A stretch of 64,000 nt of DNA, from the NCBI GenBank assembly GCA_002633005.1, contig NMRA01000431.1, positions 123,733-187,732 of the forward strand. Reading direction: 5' to 3'. Positions 61,828 to 64,000 of this stretch are shown one piece after another (positions within the stretch are counted from its first letter, which is position 1; the number at the start of each line of letters is the position of its first letter). Source of the DNA: Phoronis australis. Its lineage: Eukaryota; Animalia; Phoronida. The notes beneath the pieces were generated by a model that was not told the origin of the DNA, did no database searches, and was given only the letters and a program-made list of their open reading frames with translations. The position numbers and the translations under genes are program-made.

Positions 61828-64000
61828 ATTACTGTGAGTTCAATTTTTAGCATTAGCATCTTTAACCGCAAAACTGTTCCTTGTGAATGTTAGTAGTTGT
61901 ATTGTTGATGAGAAGGTCATGGCTGATGTTGATTTTCGGTTGGTCTGACACCTGTGGGGTCCCCTAGTGCATGGGCGGTGCAGCACTGAAAAAAGTGGGG
62001 CGATATAGCCTCCCCATCCCCCAATGGTGCGCCGCCCATCATGGGCATGTAGGGATGATTTTGTATTTTTTGTGGCCATGGCTGTAGCTCCCTGATATCT
62101 CTTCAGGATGTTTGAAAACTTTTGCATGTGTTTTACAACGGATGTGACAATGACTGTCCACGACTTTTTGGATAGCTTTGACTATAGCTGTGCCCCCTGG
62201 TGGCAGTTTCATGTTCATAATTCCGCGAAGTTTTTGCATGAACTTAAGCAATTTCTATTGCAGAGGCAACAGCATCTTTCCATTTTGTGATGGATTTGAT
62301 GTAACATGGAGAATTTCTCCCTTACACTGGTCACTGCTCTGATTCCCAAAGCCCCAGACAACTTATATGATCCCTTTTCAGCACGCCCTTTGTATTGATG
62401 TAGATCTGAGCGAATGAAGTGGAAGGTAATAGCTAGCATTACTGTCTTAATAATGGTGGTCTTTGTTACATCCAAATTGTTTTTCTCTGGCATTTGCACC
62501 AGTTAAAGCCTGTAATATGGAGAGCAGTTTCAACTTGGTTTAAATATTAGAAAAGACTTAATTTGCGTTGATCTTGACAAAGGGCCACTTCCCAAAAGAA
62601 CGTTGGTTTTAAATATGTTTCATACCACTTTTCATTAGTCTTATTACTCCTGTCTACTTGTTTTTTTCTTACCGGGTAGGGTTGCTATCTTTTTACTTAG
62701 TGCTTAAACGATGTATCAAAACAAAATAGAAGTCAGTTAACTGTGAACCCATCCCTAAATTTTCCAGATTACAGCTACACCGAACATGTCACAGCAAACA
62801 AAACTACACGTGCCATTAGTTAAAGTTCAATTTTATTAGAACTCAAATCATAAAATATATACAAAAGTGCAAGTATGGTGATAACCAAACTGAAGATTTG
62901 GAACCTCTGGACAATTCTGGTTGCAGTAACTACATAACTATTCTAGCTTTTCCTCAGTCATAAAAAATGAATTCACAGCTCTTGCCCACTGACCAACCTC
63001 ATCCACTGCTTGCACTCTCTTGTTGACTACAAAGCTAACCATCTTAGTTGTCTTCACAGGTGTTCCATTACGACTACAAGCTATCTATCGAAATATGCAT
63101 TTCCGCAAATAGCAGTTTTCCGGTTAGTGTACTACTCCTTGAGTAAAGTAGTTCGGCATGCACTGGGCCATAAGCAATGTTTTAGGAGTTATTGACATCT
63201 AATTTAGTCACTGTGTGTTGTTTATAGAATGTAGCTTAGTTGTATATTAAAAGAATAATCCACGTGATATTGTTAACTCTGATAAGCGTTTGTACATCAC
63301 CGAATATATCAATACGCACAGTCGTTTATCTTCAATCGTACCCAATGTTTGTAGTTTTTAGCTTAATGGTTCATCGATTTTGAAAAATCGAAAACCAAAC
63401 TTGGTTGTTTTTTCCATCTGAATACAGCTGTAGTATTTGTTTTTAACGAAAATTGTCGGTTAATGCATTTTGGAAATTCGCCAGTATGTACAGGACAGAT
63501 GTTTTTGACAGTTTATGGTTGGGTAATTACACTTAATTAGGTCTTACTCGCACTGGACAATGGGGTCATTGCAACTGAGTCCGACTCTGGCGCCGCGCTG
63601 TCTTTGATCGCAGTAAAAGCCGCTCAGAAAGACGAGCGGTGAAAAGTCACGCATATCTTTAGAAATGCGTGACTTTCGTGTATTCGTATTATTCACGGCA
63701 TGTTCTGCACCATCCTGTGGCCATTTTAAGTAATTTTTAGTCCGTGTTTTGCCATTAGCTTCTGTATCTGCCAAACTACTCAGAGGATCATTATGAAACT
63801 TGGCAGATGTGTTCCCAGTGTCAAGAACAGGACTACGGTGCTCTCAAGTAACATTATTTTCACATCTGTGACTGTATCTACTAAAAAGCCCTTGCAAGAT
63901 CACGATTTGGAAAGTCTATTCCTATTAACTTTACAAGGTATGGACAAATTTGATTACCACTATGCCTCCTAATGTCAGTTTGTTTTTTTGTTTATATCTA

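Overview
AT-rich metazoan (bilaterian invertebrate-type) genomic DNA with spliceosomal introns; it is not prokaryotic, and there is no CRISPR array or rRNA. Host genes: (1) a complete four-coding-exon TFIIA gamma (GTF2A2) gene on the minus strand (ATG 25048, probable stop 15533, 108 aa); (2) the first coding exon of a Jagged/Serrate Notch ligand (36560-36952, +), followed by an intron in which I recognised no further exon before the window ends (>27 kb); (3) low-confidence exons of an unidentified plus-strand gene (about 6056-13185) converging on GTF2A2. The rest is dominated by mobile DNA. The most striking family is a non-autonomous Helentron/DINE-1-like element (at least 7 copies or fragments). 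Its body is a 450-bp trimeric higher-order repeat in which each ~150-bp monomer carries a close match to the CTCF motif, and it has repeatedly inserted into itself. Also present: two Penelope-like retroelement remnants in GTF2A2 introns with minimal hammerhead-ribozyme motifs (one next to a tRNA-Ser-like Pol III cassette), an L1/Tx1 3' remnant, hAT-like and MITE elements, a 2 x 666-bp fold-back palindrome in the Jagged intron, and many minisatellites. All calls come from manual reading; repeat boundaries are approximate.
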